DNA from: an uncultured Actinomycetes bacterium
GTDB lineage: Bacteria; Actinomycetota; Actinomycetes; Nanopelagicales; Nanopelagicaceae
NCBI GenBank assembly: GCA_903922325.1
Contig: CAIXTG010000180.1
Location: forward strand, 1-34,314
Direction: 5' to 3'
Length of the DNA: 34,314 bases
Made by a program: the position numbers and the translations under genes. Below the pieces are notes generated by a model that worked only from the letters and a program-made list of their open reading frames with translations, searched no databases and was not told where the DNA came from. This document shows positions 18,584 through 26,863 of this stretch, one piece after another (the first letter of the stretch is position 1; every line of letters starts with the position of its first letter).

Positions 18584-19621
18584 TTATTCACACTTAATTT
18601 GTAGTGAGTGAAAACGACCTGGGTATTGAAACTCTCCGATAGCGTCGAAAGATATTTCTGAAGAAGGCAATATTTCCCAATCAATAACGTTGCGCAAGAA
18701 AGTAGAAACTAGTGCTGCGGTTTCCACTTCGGCAACATGATTTCCAATACAAGTATGTGGACCAAAGCCAAATGCTAAATGTGGATTTCGTTCTCGATGG
18801 ATATTGATTTTATCTGGCTCACTGAAAACTGTTTCGTCAAAGTTTCCAGAGACAAAACTTAAATGATCGTAATCCTTGGGGTCTCGCAATTCTTCAGGCT
18901 TTGCGAGAACATGAGCAGGGACACGTTCCATTCGAGGCAGTGGAGATAAGAATCGCAAAACTTCATGAATTGCTTTGCCCAACTTATCTGGATTTGTTTT
19001 TAAGAATTCGCGATCTTGGGTTGCGGTTGCTAAATGCCAAATCATTCCGGTCATTAATTTAACTACTGTGTCACGGCCGCCAGCCAAAAGCACATTTGCT
19101 ATTCCATACATCTCGGTACGTGTTATTGGTTCACCATCGAGTTTTAAATGAGAAATAAAAGTCCAGGTATTTTCTTCATCAGAATTCTCGGCCTCGTCAA
19201 AGACAGATTTCAAATACCTATCTAAGTGTTCTCCGCTACGACCGGTTGGCGTAGTTATCCAGACATCGGCCCCCCATGAGAGCCATTCTGATACATCTTG
19301 CGGACGGTTGTAGATGACGCCTAAGCAGTGCCCAACCATTGGAAGAGCTACTTCAGAGACGAAATCTCCGCCACCTTTTTTAATAAATCCCGTGATGAGA
19401 TTGTTAGCAATTGCTTCAAATTCCGGAATCATCTTTTCGATTTTTGGTTTTACGAAAAGTGGGCTTAAAGCTGTGCGGAATAAGTGATGTCTTGGCGGGT
19501 CAACTTCAAGCGGAATTTGTCGGTAAGTTCGTACGTCACGGTCACCTTGCAAATCAGATGAATAATTCTCAGTGTCTCTTGCAGCCGAACGGACATTTGC
19601 ATGTCCAATTACTTCGCTCAT
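18584..19621 (-). CDS. Cytochrome P450, unusually short (345 aa)
   Basis: DPPRHHLFR, I-helix AGGRDT, K-helix EVLR, heme-thiolate motif HLAFGFGPHTCIG. Confidence 0.93.
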   Translation of the reverse strand: MSEVIGHANVRSAARDTENYSSDLQGDRDVRTYRQIPLEVDPPRHHLFRTALSPLFVKPKIEKMIPEFEAIANNLITGFIKKGGGDFVSEVALPMVGHCLGVIYNRPQDVSEWLSWGADVWITTPTGRSGEHLDRYLKSVFDEAENSDEENTWTFISHLKLDGEPITRTEMYGIANVLLAGGRDTVVKLMTGMIWHLATATQDREFLKTNPDKLGKAIHEVLRFLSPLPRMERVPAHVLAKPEELRDPKDYDHLSFVSGNFDETVFSEPDKINIHRERNPHLAFGFGPHTCIGNHVAEVETAALVSTFLRNVIDWEILPSSEISFDAIGEFQYPGRFHSLQIKCE

Positions 19622-19643
19622 TCAAATAAACTACCATTTGAGC
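19622..19643. promoter_or_regulatory. Bidirectional leaderless promoter with interlocked -10 boxes and an inverted repeat
   Basis: Plus TACCAT (19632-19637)-N6-ATG(19644). Minus TAGTTT (19633-19628)-N6-ATG(19621). The boxes share the TA at 19632-19633. Inverted repeat TCAAAT (19622-19627)-N8-ATTTGA (19636-19641). Confidence 0.7.
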
Positions 19644-20915
19644 ATGCATGTAACAGGCCTGCAAATACCTAATGCGATAACAAAATCGCTACAAATTCTC
19701 GCAGGCAAGGTATCTGAAACTAGGTACAAGCTAGCGGAAGGCGCAATCGAACGCCTTTTTTCCAGCACACTAACCAGAGCAACTGATGGAACGATCTTTG
19801 TTATAACCGGAGATATTCCAGCTATGTGGTTGCGGGATTCAACTTGGCAAGTAAGACCATTGCTTGCTGCAGCAAATGATTTAGAAGTGGCGCAATTAAT
19901 TGCTGATGTTTCAAAACGACAAATCGAATTTGTCCTTACAGATCCTTACGCAAATGCATTTAATCCGACCCCAGATGGAAATTGTTGGCATAAAGATTTT
20001 CCAGATCAGAGTCCGTGGGTTTTTGAACGCAAGTTTGAGTTAGATTCGTTAGCAGCAGTCTTAGATTTGGCCATCAGGCTTTACCTTGAAGGTGGTTTCA
20101 CCAATCACTTTACTGATCGATTCAATGATGCTGTTGTCGTGATTTTGAATTTATTGGAACGTGAACAGAACCATGATCCGAACACATATAGATTCGAGCG
20201 ACAAGATGTGCGAGATTTTGACTTCTTAAGTCATGGTGGTTATGGCTCAACAGTTGCCTATACGGGGATGATCTGGAGTGGGTTTAGGCCAAGTGATGAT
20301 GCCTGCAAATATGGTTATTTAATTCCGGCTAACGCTCATATGGCAAAGGTTTTAGAGCAATTGGCCCAACTGCCGGATGAAGTATTTTCTGATCAAGCTA
20401 GCAAAGATCGAGCGCTGAAAATCAGTGGTGAAATCAAGACAGGGATAGAAAAATTTGGCTTAGTCGAGTTTGAAGGTAAGCAGATATTTGCTTATGAATG
20501 TGATGGGCTAGGAAATTACTTACTTCAAGACGATGCAAACATCCCTAGTTTGCTATCTCTGCCGTACTTAGGAATCTGTACTGAGTCTGATGTCCTTTAC
20601 TTGAATACTCGCGAATTTATCCTGAGTTCAAGCAATCCATATTTTTTTAGTGGCGAAGTTCTAGCTGGCTTGGGTTCTCAGCACACGCCTGAAAACCAAG
20701 TTTGGCCGCTCGGGATTGCGATGCAGGGAATAACAAGTACTTCAGCAGCTGAAATTGAAAGCTGTCTGCAGTACTTAGAAAATAGCCATGCAGGGACGAA
20801 TCAAATGCATGAATCTGTGGGAAAAGATGATCCGAGTATTTTCACCAGAGCGTGGTTTTCTTGGGCTGACATGACTTTCTATCACTTGCTCTTGAAATCT
20901 GTTAACTTGATTTAA
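19644..20915 (+). CDS. Glycoside hydrolase family 125 (exo-alpha-1,6-mannosidase-like)
   Basis: ITGDIPAMWLRDS, ERKFELDSL, WSGFRPSDD, DDANIPSLLSLPYLG, MHES, FTRAWFSWA. Start moved from 19572 to ATG 19644, which removes the overlap with the P450. Confidence 0.93.
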   Translation: MHVTGLQIPNAITKSLQILAGKVSETRYKLAEGAIERLFSSTLTRATDGTIFVITGDIPAMWLRDSTWQVRPLLAAANDLEVAQLIADVSKRQIEFVLTDPYANAFNPTPDGNCWHKDFPDQSPWVFERKFELDSLAAVLDLAIRLYLEGGFTNHFTDRFNDAVVVILNLLEREQNHDPNTYRFERQDVRDFDFLSHGGYGSTVAYTGMIWSGFRPSDDACKYGYLIPANAHMAKVLEQLAQLPDEVFSDQASKDRALKISGEIKTGIEKFGLVEFEGKQIFAYECDGLGNYLLQDDANIPSLLSLPYLGICTESDVLYLNTREFILSSSNPYFFSGEVLAGLGSQHTPENQVWPLGIAMQGITSTSAAEIESCLQYLENSHAGTNQMHESVGKDDPSIFTRAWFSWADMTFYHLLLKSVNLI

Positions 20916-22347
20916 CTACGCGATAACTTTGCAACGTTGGGTCTGTTGCATAAGCAATTCGCACACCGGCTGCTTTATTTGCAGCTAAGCCAGTTAAAAT
21001 CTCTTTAGTTAAAACTTCACCAGGTGCTACTACTGCAACACCAGGCGGGTAAGGTGCAATCAAATCTGCTGATATTCGACCTTCAGCACTTTGGTCCGCG
21101 ACCATTTCAGTATCGGCAAAGTAGGCATCGCGCATGGATATACCAATTTGTGGAACTACCGACCAACTTAGCGCTGTTGCTGACTCACGAGGCGCGCTAG
21201 CTAGCTTCTGCAGAATTGGGAGCAGCGAATTACTTAGTTCAGCAAAACTTTCCGCATCATCAGCCAAAGTAGCCAAGAAAACCACTGTGTCACGATCAGC
21301 CATCTCAACTCTGATGTTTGCTTTCAATAACTCATTTTCAATCTCCACGCCAGAAGTGCCCAACTGATTAGCTCGAAGCACAATCTTTACTGGATCAAAG
21401 CGACCAGTGGCGAAATCACCGGGGGATAAGAAGATAGGGCGATCGAAATTAGCTGAAATGTCGGCTTTAAACTTTGACACGTTTTCAATTAATTGACTCA
21501 ATAAATCTTGGCCGCGATGTTGCAAAAGTGCGCGGCAACCGTCGATGGATGCAAGCGGTGCGCCAGCAGGTGAAGTTGTGTGAGTCGTTTCAAAACTTTG
21601 TTCTAAGCGATCTAGGTTTAAGAATTCGCCACGAGCAACTAAAAGCGCCGAGGCACTGAACCCAGGTAAAGCTTTGTGGGTACTGGTGATTAAGGCATCT
21701 GCGCCAAGTTGCAGTACATGCTTTGGTAAATCATTTTGGAAACCAAAGTGAGCACCCCAAGCAGCATCGATAACTACCGGGATTTTATGCTCGTGAGCTT
21801 TGCTTATTAACTCAGGTAATTGCGAAATAGTTCCAAGATAACCAGGTTCAGTCAGCAATAAAGCGATTGGTTTTTGCGGCAGTACACGTTCAAGTTCAGA
21901 AAGCGGAATTCCAGTTGGTACACCAGTTGCTGCATCAATTTCGGGAGCTAACCAAATGGGTTCTAGCCCAGCTAATACCAAAGCACTTAGAACAGAGCGA
22001 TGTGCGGTACGTGCAACTGCAATTTTGTCACCAGGTTTACCGAGCGCCAAGATGACTGCTTGGTTAACGTGAGTTGAACCGCCAGTTGAGAAGCGTACGT
22101 AATCGCCACCCCATAATTTAGCTGCGAGTGATTCAGCGCTTTTTAAGGTTTGGTTCGTTAATTTAATTTCATCTAAGCCACCATAGAGAGGTGTATCGCC
22201 ATCAACTACTGCGCCTAAACCTAAATCGAGTTTGCTGGCACGTTGCTTATGACCTGGGATCGTGAACGGAGTTCGAGTTACTTCGAAGTAACGTAGGTAC
22301 GCATCTAAGAGCGGAGCATCTTCGCGCAGCGCTTTGAGGTAGGTCAT
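20902..22347 (-). CDS. PLP-dependent Orn/Lys/Arg decarboxylase (fold type I)
   Basis: FTIPGHKQ, GGST, RTAHRSV, IDAAWGAH, STHK (PLP lysine), TTSP, C-terminal PYPPGV...PGE. Confidence 0.92.
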   Translation of the reverse strand: MTYLKALREDAPLLDAYLRYFEVTRTPFTIPGHKQRASKLDLGLGAVVDGDTPLYGGLDEIKLTNQTLKSAESLAAKLWGGDYVRFSTGGSTHVNQAVILALGKPGDKIAVARTAHRSVLSALVLAGLEPIWLAPEIDAATGVPTGIPLSELERVLPQKPIALLLTEPGYLGTISQLPELISKAHEHKIPVVIDAAWGAHFGFQNDLPKHVLQLGADALITSTHKALPGFSASALLVARGEFLNLDRLEQSFETTHTTSPAGAPLASIDGCRALLQHRGQDLLSQLIENVSKFKADISANFDRPIFLSPGDFATGRFDPVKIVLRANQLGTSGVEIENELLKANIRVEMADRDTVVFLATLADDAESFAELSNSLLPILQKLASAPRESATALSWSVVPQIGISMRDAYFADTEMVADQSAEGRISADLIAPYPPGVAVVAPGEVLTKEILTGLAANKAAGVRIAYATDPTLQSYRVVKSS

Positions 22348-22404
22348 AGCCGCAAGCCTAACTTCAAGGCGCCCCGATCGGAAATATGGCCTTAGACTTT
22401 ACTC
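22348..22404. promoter_or_regulatory. Divergent pair of leaderless promoters
   Basis: Minus TAGGCT (22355-22360)-N7-ATG; plus TAGACT (22393-22398)-N6-ATG. Confidence 0.6.
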
Positions 22405-23745
22405 ATGACCGTACTTACTTCAGTTCCTCAGCAACGCCTCTTGGTTACAGAGATTCCTGGACCAAAATCAAAGGCGGAGATACAGCGACGTAGCGAAGAA
22501 GTATCTGGCGGATTGGGAATTGCATTTCCGGCAGTTATTGCAAGTACTGGTGGTGCAATTCTGGTTGACCTAGATGGCAATCAGATCATCGACATGGCTG
22601 CAGGTATCGGCGTAACAAATGTTGGCAATAGTGCACAGCGCGTTGTTGATCGCGTGATCGAACAAGTACAAGCTTTTTCTCATACTTGTTTCACTGTTGT
22701 TCCTTATCAGGGATATATCGATGTTTGCGCAAAACTAAACGCACATACTCCAGGTACTCATAAGAAGAAGTCAGTTTTAGTTAACTCAGGTGCGGAAGCA
22801 GTTGAGAACGCTGTAAAGATTGCGCGTCACGCAACTAAGCGTCAAGCAATTGTAGTTTTTGAACACGCATATCACGGTCGTACTAATTTAACGATGGCAC
22901 TAACAGCCAAGAACATGCCTTACAAAGAAGGTTTTGGTCCATTTGCTAACGAGATCTATCGCATGCCAATGCCTTATGAACTTCGTTGGTTAGGCGATAA
23001 AGCCACGATCACCAAAGATGCGCTAGAAGAGATTGAACATAAGATCGAAAAAGAGATTGGCGCTAAAAATGTAGCGGCAATTTTGATCGAACCTATTCAA
23101 GGTGAAGGTGGCTTCATTGTTCCGCCTAAGGGATTCTTGCCTGGGTTATCAAAGTATTGCGCTGACAACGGCATAATTTTTATCGCCGATGAAGTTCAAA
23201 CTGGTTTTGCCCGTACTGGAAATATGTTTGCAGTTGAAGACGAAAATGTAGTTCCAGACATGATCATCACTGCAAAGGGTATTGCTGGCGGTTTGCCGCT
23301 TGCAGCAGATACTGGTCGCGCCGAAATTATGGATGCAATCCATGTCAGTGGCCTCGGCGGAACATACGGTGGAAACCCAGTTGCTTGCGCCGCCTCACTT
23401 GGTGTCTTTGAAACAATTGAAGAAGATGGCTTAATTCAACGCGCTCGCGAAGTTGGCGAGATTCTAGGAACTTCACTTCGCGCGCTTGCTGCAAAATATC
23501 CAATCATTGCCGAAGTTCGTGGTCGTGGTGCGATGCAAGCTATCGAATTAGTTAAGCCTGGTTCGCTTGATCCAAATTCTGAAGCGATGACAAAGGTAAT
23601 TAACTACTGCGCAAAGAAAGGTGTCTTGCTACTTTCAGCCGGCACTTATTCAAATGTAATTCGGTTCTTGCCACCAATTGTTATCTCTGATGAATTGCTA
23701 CTTGATGCAATGAGCGTTCTTGATGAGGCTTTCGCTTCGCTTTAA
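22405..23745 (+). CDS. gabT: 4-aminobutyrate--2-oxoglutarate aminotransferase (class III)
   Basis: NSGAEAVENAVKIAR, AYHGRT, EPIQGEGGF, ADEVQTGFARTG, TAKGIAGG, GGTYGGNP, NVIRFLPP. Confidence 0.92.
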   Translation: MTVLTSVPQQRLLVTEIPGPKSKAEIQRRSEEVSGGLGIAFPAVIASTGGAILVDLDGNQIIDMAAGIGVTNVGNSAQRVVDRVIEQVQAFSHTCFTVVPYQGYIDVCAKLNAHTPGTHKKKSVLVNSGAEAVENAVKIARHATKRQAIVVFEHAYHGRTNLTMALTAKNMPYKEGFGPFANEIYRMPMPYELRWLGDKATITKDALEEIEHKIEKEIGAKNVAAILIEPIQGEGGFIVPPKGFLPGLSKYCADNGIIFIADEVQTGFARTGNMFAVEDENVVPDMIITAKGIAGGLPLAADTGRAEIMDAIHVSGLGGTYGGNPVACAASLGVFETIEEDGLIQRAREVGEILGTSLRALAAKYPIIAEVRGRGAMQAIELVKPGSLDPNSEAMTKVINYCAKKGVLLLSAGTYSNVIRFLPPIVISDELLLDAMSVLDEAFASL

Positions 23746-23996
23746 AGACCACGCAAGAAATCAGGATCATCATCTGGTGCAATTGAACGCTTTGGTTTTT
23801 TCCCACCACCGCCAGGACGCTTTGGTCGCCCAGCGATCAAATAAGCAACTGCGCCAAGAGTTGGAACCAGAACAATAATTATTAGCCAGCCCCAACGAGG
23901 TAGCGAACGAACATCGCTATCTTCACGTTGTGCACAATCGATTAACCCATAAAGCTGGATACCAATTGTAAGAACTATGAAAAGTACTCTGGTCAT
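23742..23996 (-). CDS. Small membrane protein with PLDc N-terminal-like domain
   Basis: Two hydrophobic segments (LIDC...VRSLPRWGWLIIIVLVPTLGAVAYL) and acidic tail APDDDPDFL; own TAAACT-N6-ATG promoter. Confidence 0.85.
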   Translation of the reverse strand: MTRVLFIVLTIGIQLYGLIDCAQREDSDVRSLPRWGWLIIIVLVPTLGAVAYLIAGRPKRPGGGGKKPKRSIAPDDDPDFLRGL

Positions 23997-24000
23997 GGGT

Positions 24001-24849
24001 TTAGTTTAGCGCGAGAGCAATTGAGAAAACCACGGCAAACCAGAGCTGTAGTTGGCCAGTTTTACCTAAGAGCGGAATTAACGCTGGGCCAATTGCGCCA
24101 GCTCGAACTTTATTGGCGATGATAAATGTTTGAGGTAAAAGGGCCAGAGTGATCAAGGTATTTTCGCCAGATACAGCAAGCGCTGAAATATGCGCAACTA
24201 ACAAAAGTGAGATAAAGAGTTTGCGAGCGCCGGCATCGCCTAGCCGAACCGCCAAGGTTCGCTTTCCTACTAATTCATCTTGGGCGCGATCTCGCAGATT
24301 GTTAATCGCCAGAAGCGCACAAGCTAGCGAACCCATTGGGATTGCGACCACAAAACTTTGCCAAGTTAATTTCTCAGTTTGTACATAGTAAGAACCCATA
24401 GTTGCAACTAGACCGAAGAATAAAAATACTGAAATTTCGCCTAGCCCCAGATATCCGTAGGGGCGCTTACTTCCGGTGTATGTCCAGGCTGCCAAAATTG
24501 CCGCAGCACCAACTGCCACTAACCAAAGTGAAGTCATAAGCGCGAGCACTAACCCGACTGCGGCAGCTACTGCAAAAGAAATGAAGGCTGCCTGCTTCAC
24601 TGATTTGGCACTTGCTAATCCAGAAGCGACCAACCGAGTTGGGCCAACCCGATTATCGTCGGTGCCTTTAATGCCATCGGAGTAATCATTGGCGTAGTTG
24701 ACCCCAACTTGGAGCGCCAAGCTAACAACTAGAGCTAAGCCAGCCATTCCAAAATCTGCATCACTTGCGGCTAATGAAGTTGCCACTAATACCGGCGCAA
24801 TTGCGGCCGGAAGAGTGCGCGGGCGAGCACCGACTATCCATTTATTCAA
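24001..24849 (-). CDS. menA: 1,4-dihydroxy-2-naphthoate polyprenyltransferase
   Basis: GARPRTLPAA, NYANDYSDGIKGTD, NNLRD...GKRTLAVRLG; TTG start. Confidence 0.96.
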   Translation of the reverse strand: MNKWIVGARPRTLPAAIAPVLVATSLAASDADFGMAGLALVVSLALQVGVNYANDYSDGIKGTDDNRVGPTRLVASGLASAKSVKQAAFISFAVAAAVGLVLALMTSLWLVAVGAAAILAAWTYTGSKRPYGYLGLGEISVFLFFGLVATMGSYYVQTEKLTWQSFVVAIPMGSLACALLAINNLRDRAQDELVGKRTLAVRLGDAGARKLFISLLLVAHISALAVSGENTLITLALLPQTFIIANKVRAGAIGPALIPLLGKTGQLQLWFAVVFSIALALN

Positions 24850-24851
24850 AG

Positions 24852-25922
24852 TTAAGACTCCGATTTCATAGCTAATTGCGCAAGTGCATTGCGATCAACT
24901 TTTCCGATACCGATCAAAGGTAGCGCAGATAATTGGTGGAAACGCTTTGGTTTAGCTGCGTTGCCGAATTTTTCCACCAAGAGCATCGCAACTTGATTTG
25001 AAAACTCAGCTGGTGCGTTAACTACAGCGACGTGAAGTTCTTGACCCCATTTATCACTTGATACTGAGAAAGCGGCAAATTCAAAGTTCGCGAAACTCTG
25101 CGAAATAGCGCTTTCAATTTCGGAGAGGGAAATGTTTTCGCCACCTGAAATAATTACATCATCGCCGCGACCCAGAACTACTAAACGTCCATCAACTAAT
25201 TCACCGAGGTCGCTAGTAACAAACCAATTCTGTGAATCTAAAGCTAAATTATTGGCCAGAACCGGCCCAGAAATTTTAATAAATCCAGCATCAGACATTG
25301 CTACCTGTACTCCTTCGAGTGGCACGCCGTTGTAAACGCAGCCGCCAGAAGTTTCAGACATGCCATAAGTTGTCACAACTTTAATTCCCGCAGCGATTGC
25401 TTGCTCTTGCAGTTCATAAGTTAGGGCAGCGCCACCGACTAAAACTGCCTGAGCGCTTTGTAAATGCTTAAGTAAGCGATCATCGCCATTTAGTGCATTA
25501 AAAAGTTGGGTTGGCACAATTGCGGTGTAATCAACTTTCGGATATTCACCGATGTGACCAATTAAATTCACTGGGATAGTGCCAAGTTCTAAACTGCGAA
25601 CCAAAACATTTACGGCCGCAATATGTGTAAGCGGTAGAAGTAGTGACCAAGTTTCGCCAAAATTTGCGCCCAAAAATTTATTAGCCGCTTTAGCTGATGC
25701 CAGCAGCGCACCTGCACTCAGTAAAATTTCCTTGTTCGCGCCAGTGCTTCCGGTCGAGGTAACTACAACAGCCGTCTTTGCCTCAACCTCAGTACTAGTT
25801 ACAGCGCCAAAGCCAAGCGCCGGGCCATCAGAAACCAAAGCCTTAGCAAGGCTGGCCATAATCTGTGTGGTTGACCACGCCCCGTCTATTGGGCTCACTT
25901 TTCGTTGTGACTTGGTATCCAT
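24852..25922 (-). CDS. menE: O-succinylbenzoate--CoA ligase (short actinobacterial type)
   Basis: AMP-binding motifs TSTGSTGANK, TTYGMSETSGG, TSDLG, GRGDDVIISGGENI, GKVDR; lies in men cluster. Confidence 0.9.
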   Translation of the reverse strand: MDTKSQRKVSPIDGAWSTTQIMASLAKALVSDGPALGFGAVTSTEVEAKTAVVVTSTGSTGANKEILLSAGALLASAKAANKFLGANFGETWSLLLPLTHIAAVNVLVRSLELGTIPVNLIGHIGEYPKVDYTAIVPTQLFNALNGDDRLLKHLQSAQAVLVGGAALTYELQEQAIAAGIKVVTTYGMSETSGGCVYNGVPLEGVQVAMSDAGFIKISGPVLANNLALDSQNWFVTSDLGELVDGRLVVLGRGDDVIISGGENISLSEIESAISQSFANFEFAAFSVSSDKWGQELHVAVVNAPAEFSNQVAMLLVEKFGNAAKPKRFHQLSALPLIGIGKVDRNALAQLAMKSES

Positions 25923-25930
25923 ATCGCCCG

Positions 25931-25937
25931 TAGGCTA
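25931..25937. promoter_or_regulatory. Overlapping divergent -10 boxes for menB and menE
   Basis: TAGGCTA gives plus TAGGCT (25931-25936) and minus TAGCCT (25937-25932). menB has an SD GGAGG at 25966-25970. Confidence 0.45.
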
Positions 25938-25974
25938 TCGCTCCTAGACCAAGCTTTCACTTCCTGGAGGAAAA

Positions 25975-26853
25975 ATGAGCAAGCCAATTAAGCGAGATTT
26001 TGGAAGTCGCGAGATTCCGAAGTGGAAAACCGCTCCAGGTGGCGAGAACTTCAAAGATATTAAGTATGAAGTTGGCGATGGCATTGCAAAAATTACGATC
26101 AATCGTCCCGAAGTTCATAACGCATTTCGCCCACAAACTTTGACTGAACTAAAAAGCGCATTTGATTTAGCGCGGGATAACACTGAAGTCGGCGTAATTA
26201 TTTTTACTGGCGAAGGCACCCAAGCTTTTTGTTCAGGCGGCGATATAAATGTTCGCGGTGACGATGGTTACTTGGGTGATGATGATCTTGCTAAGCAAGG
26301 CATTGGTCGACTAAATGTTTTAGATTTACAAGTACAAATTCGTCGCACTCCTAAACCAGTAGTTGCCATGGTTGCTGGTTGGGTAATCGGTGGCGGACAT
26401 GTTCTGCATGTGGTCTGTGATTTAACGATTGCCGCTGATAACGCACTCTTTGGCCAGACCGGCCCAATGGTTGGTTCATTCGACGGTGGTTATGGTTCTG
26501 GTTTATTAGCAGCCAGCGTAGGCCAGAAGAAAGCTCGCGAAATTTGGTTTATGACTCGTCAATACGATGCACAAGAAGCGTTACAGATGGGCTTGATTAA
26601 TACAGTTGTGCCACTTGCAGAGCTCGAAGCTGAAACTGTTTCTTGGTGTCGCGAAATGCTGCGCAATTCACCAATGGCACTTCGTTTGCTTAAGGCAAGT
26701 ATGAACGCTGCCGATGATGGTTTAGCTGGCGTACAGCAACTAGCCGGCGATGCCACCTTGTTGTTCTATATGACTCAAGAAGGTCAAGAAGGTCGCGATG
26801 CTTACAAAGAAAAGCGCGCTCCTGATTTTGGCAAATTCCCAAAGCGTCCGTAA
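25975..26853 (+). CDS. menB: 1,4-dihydroxy-2-naphthoyl-CoA synthase
   Basis: [50 protein letters not shown]. Confidence 0.97.
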   Translation: MSKPIKRDFGSREIPKWKTAPGGENFKDIKYEVGDGIAKITINRPEVHNAFRPQTLTELKSAFDLARDNTEVGVIIFTGEGTQAFCSGGDINVRGDDGYLGDDDLAKQGIGRLNVLDLQVQIRRTPKPVVAMVAGWVIGGGHVLHVVCDLTIAADNALFGQTGPMVGSFDGGYGSGLLAASVGQKKAREIWFMTRQYDAQEALQMGLINTVVPLAELEAETVSWCREMLRNSPMALRLLKASMNAADDGLAGVQQLAGDATLLFYMTQEGQEGRDAYKEKRAPDFGKFPKRP

Positions 26854-26863
26854 CTAGCCCAAA

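Noticed and set aside
19572-19643. GH125 start at GTG 19572 giving a head-to-head overlap with the P450
   Set aside because: ATG 19644 has a correctly spaced -10 box and removes the overlap; the extension has no family-like sequence.
18584-23745. P450-GH125-decarboxylase-gabT block as a mobile island or biosynthetic cluster
   Set aside because: No integrase, transposase, tRNA or flanking direct repeats seen, no scaffold synthase, and the genes form two separate divergent pairs.
25961-25972. TTCC-TGGA-GGAA mini-hairpin over the menB Shine-Dalgarno
   Set aside because: A 4-bp stem is too weak and too likely by chance to call regulatory.
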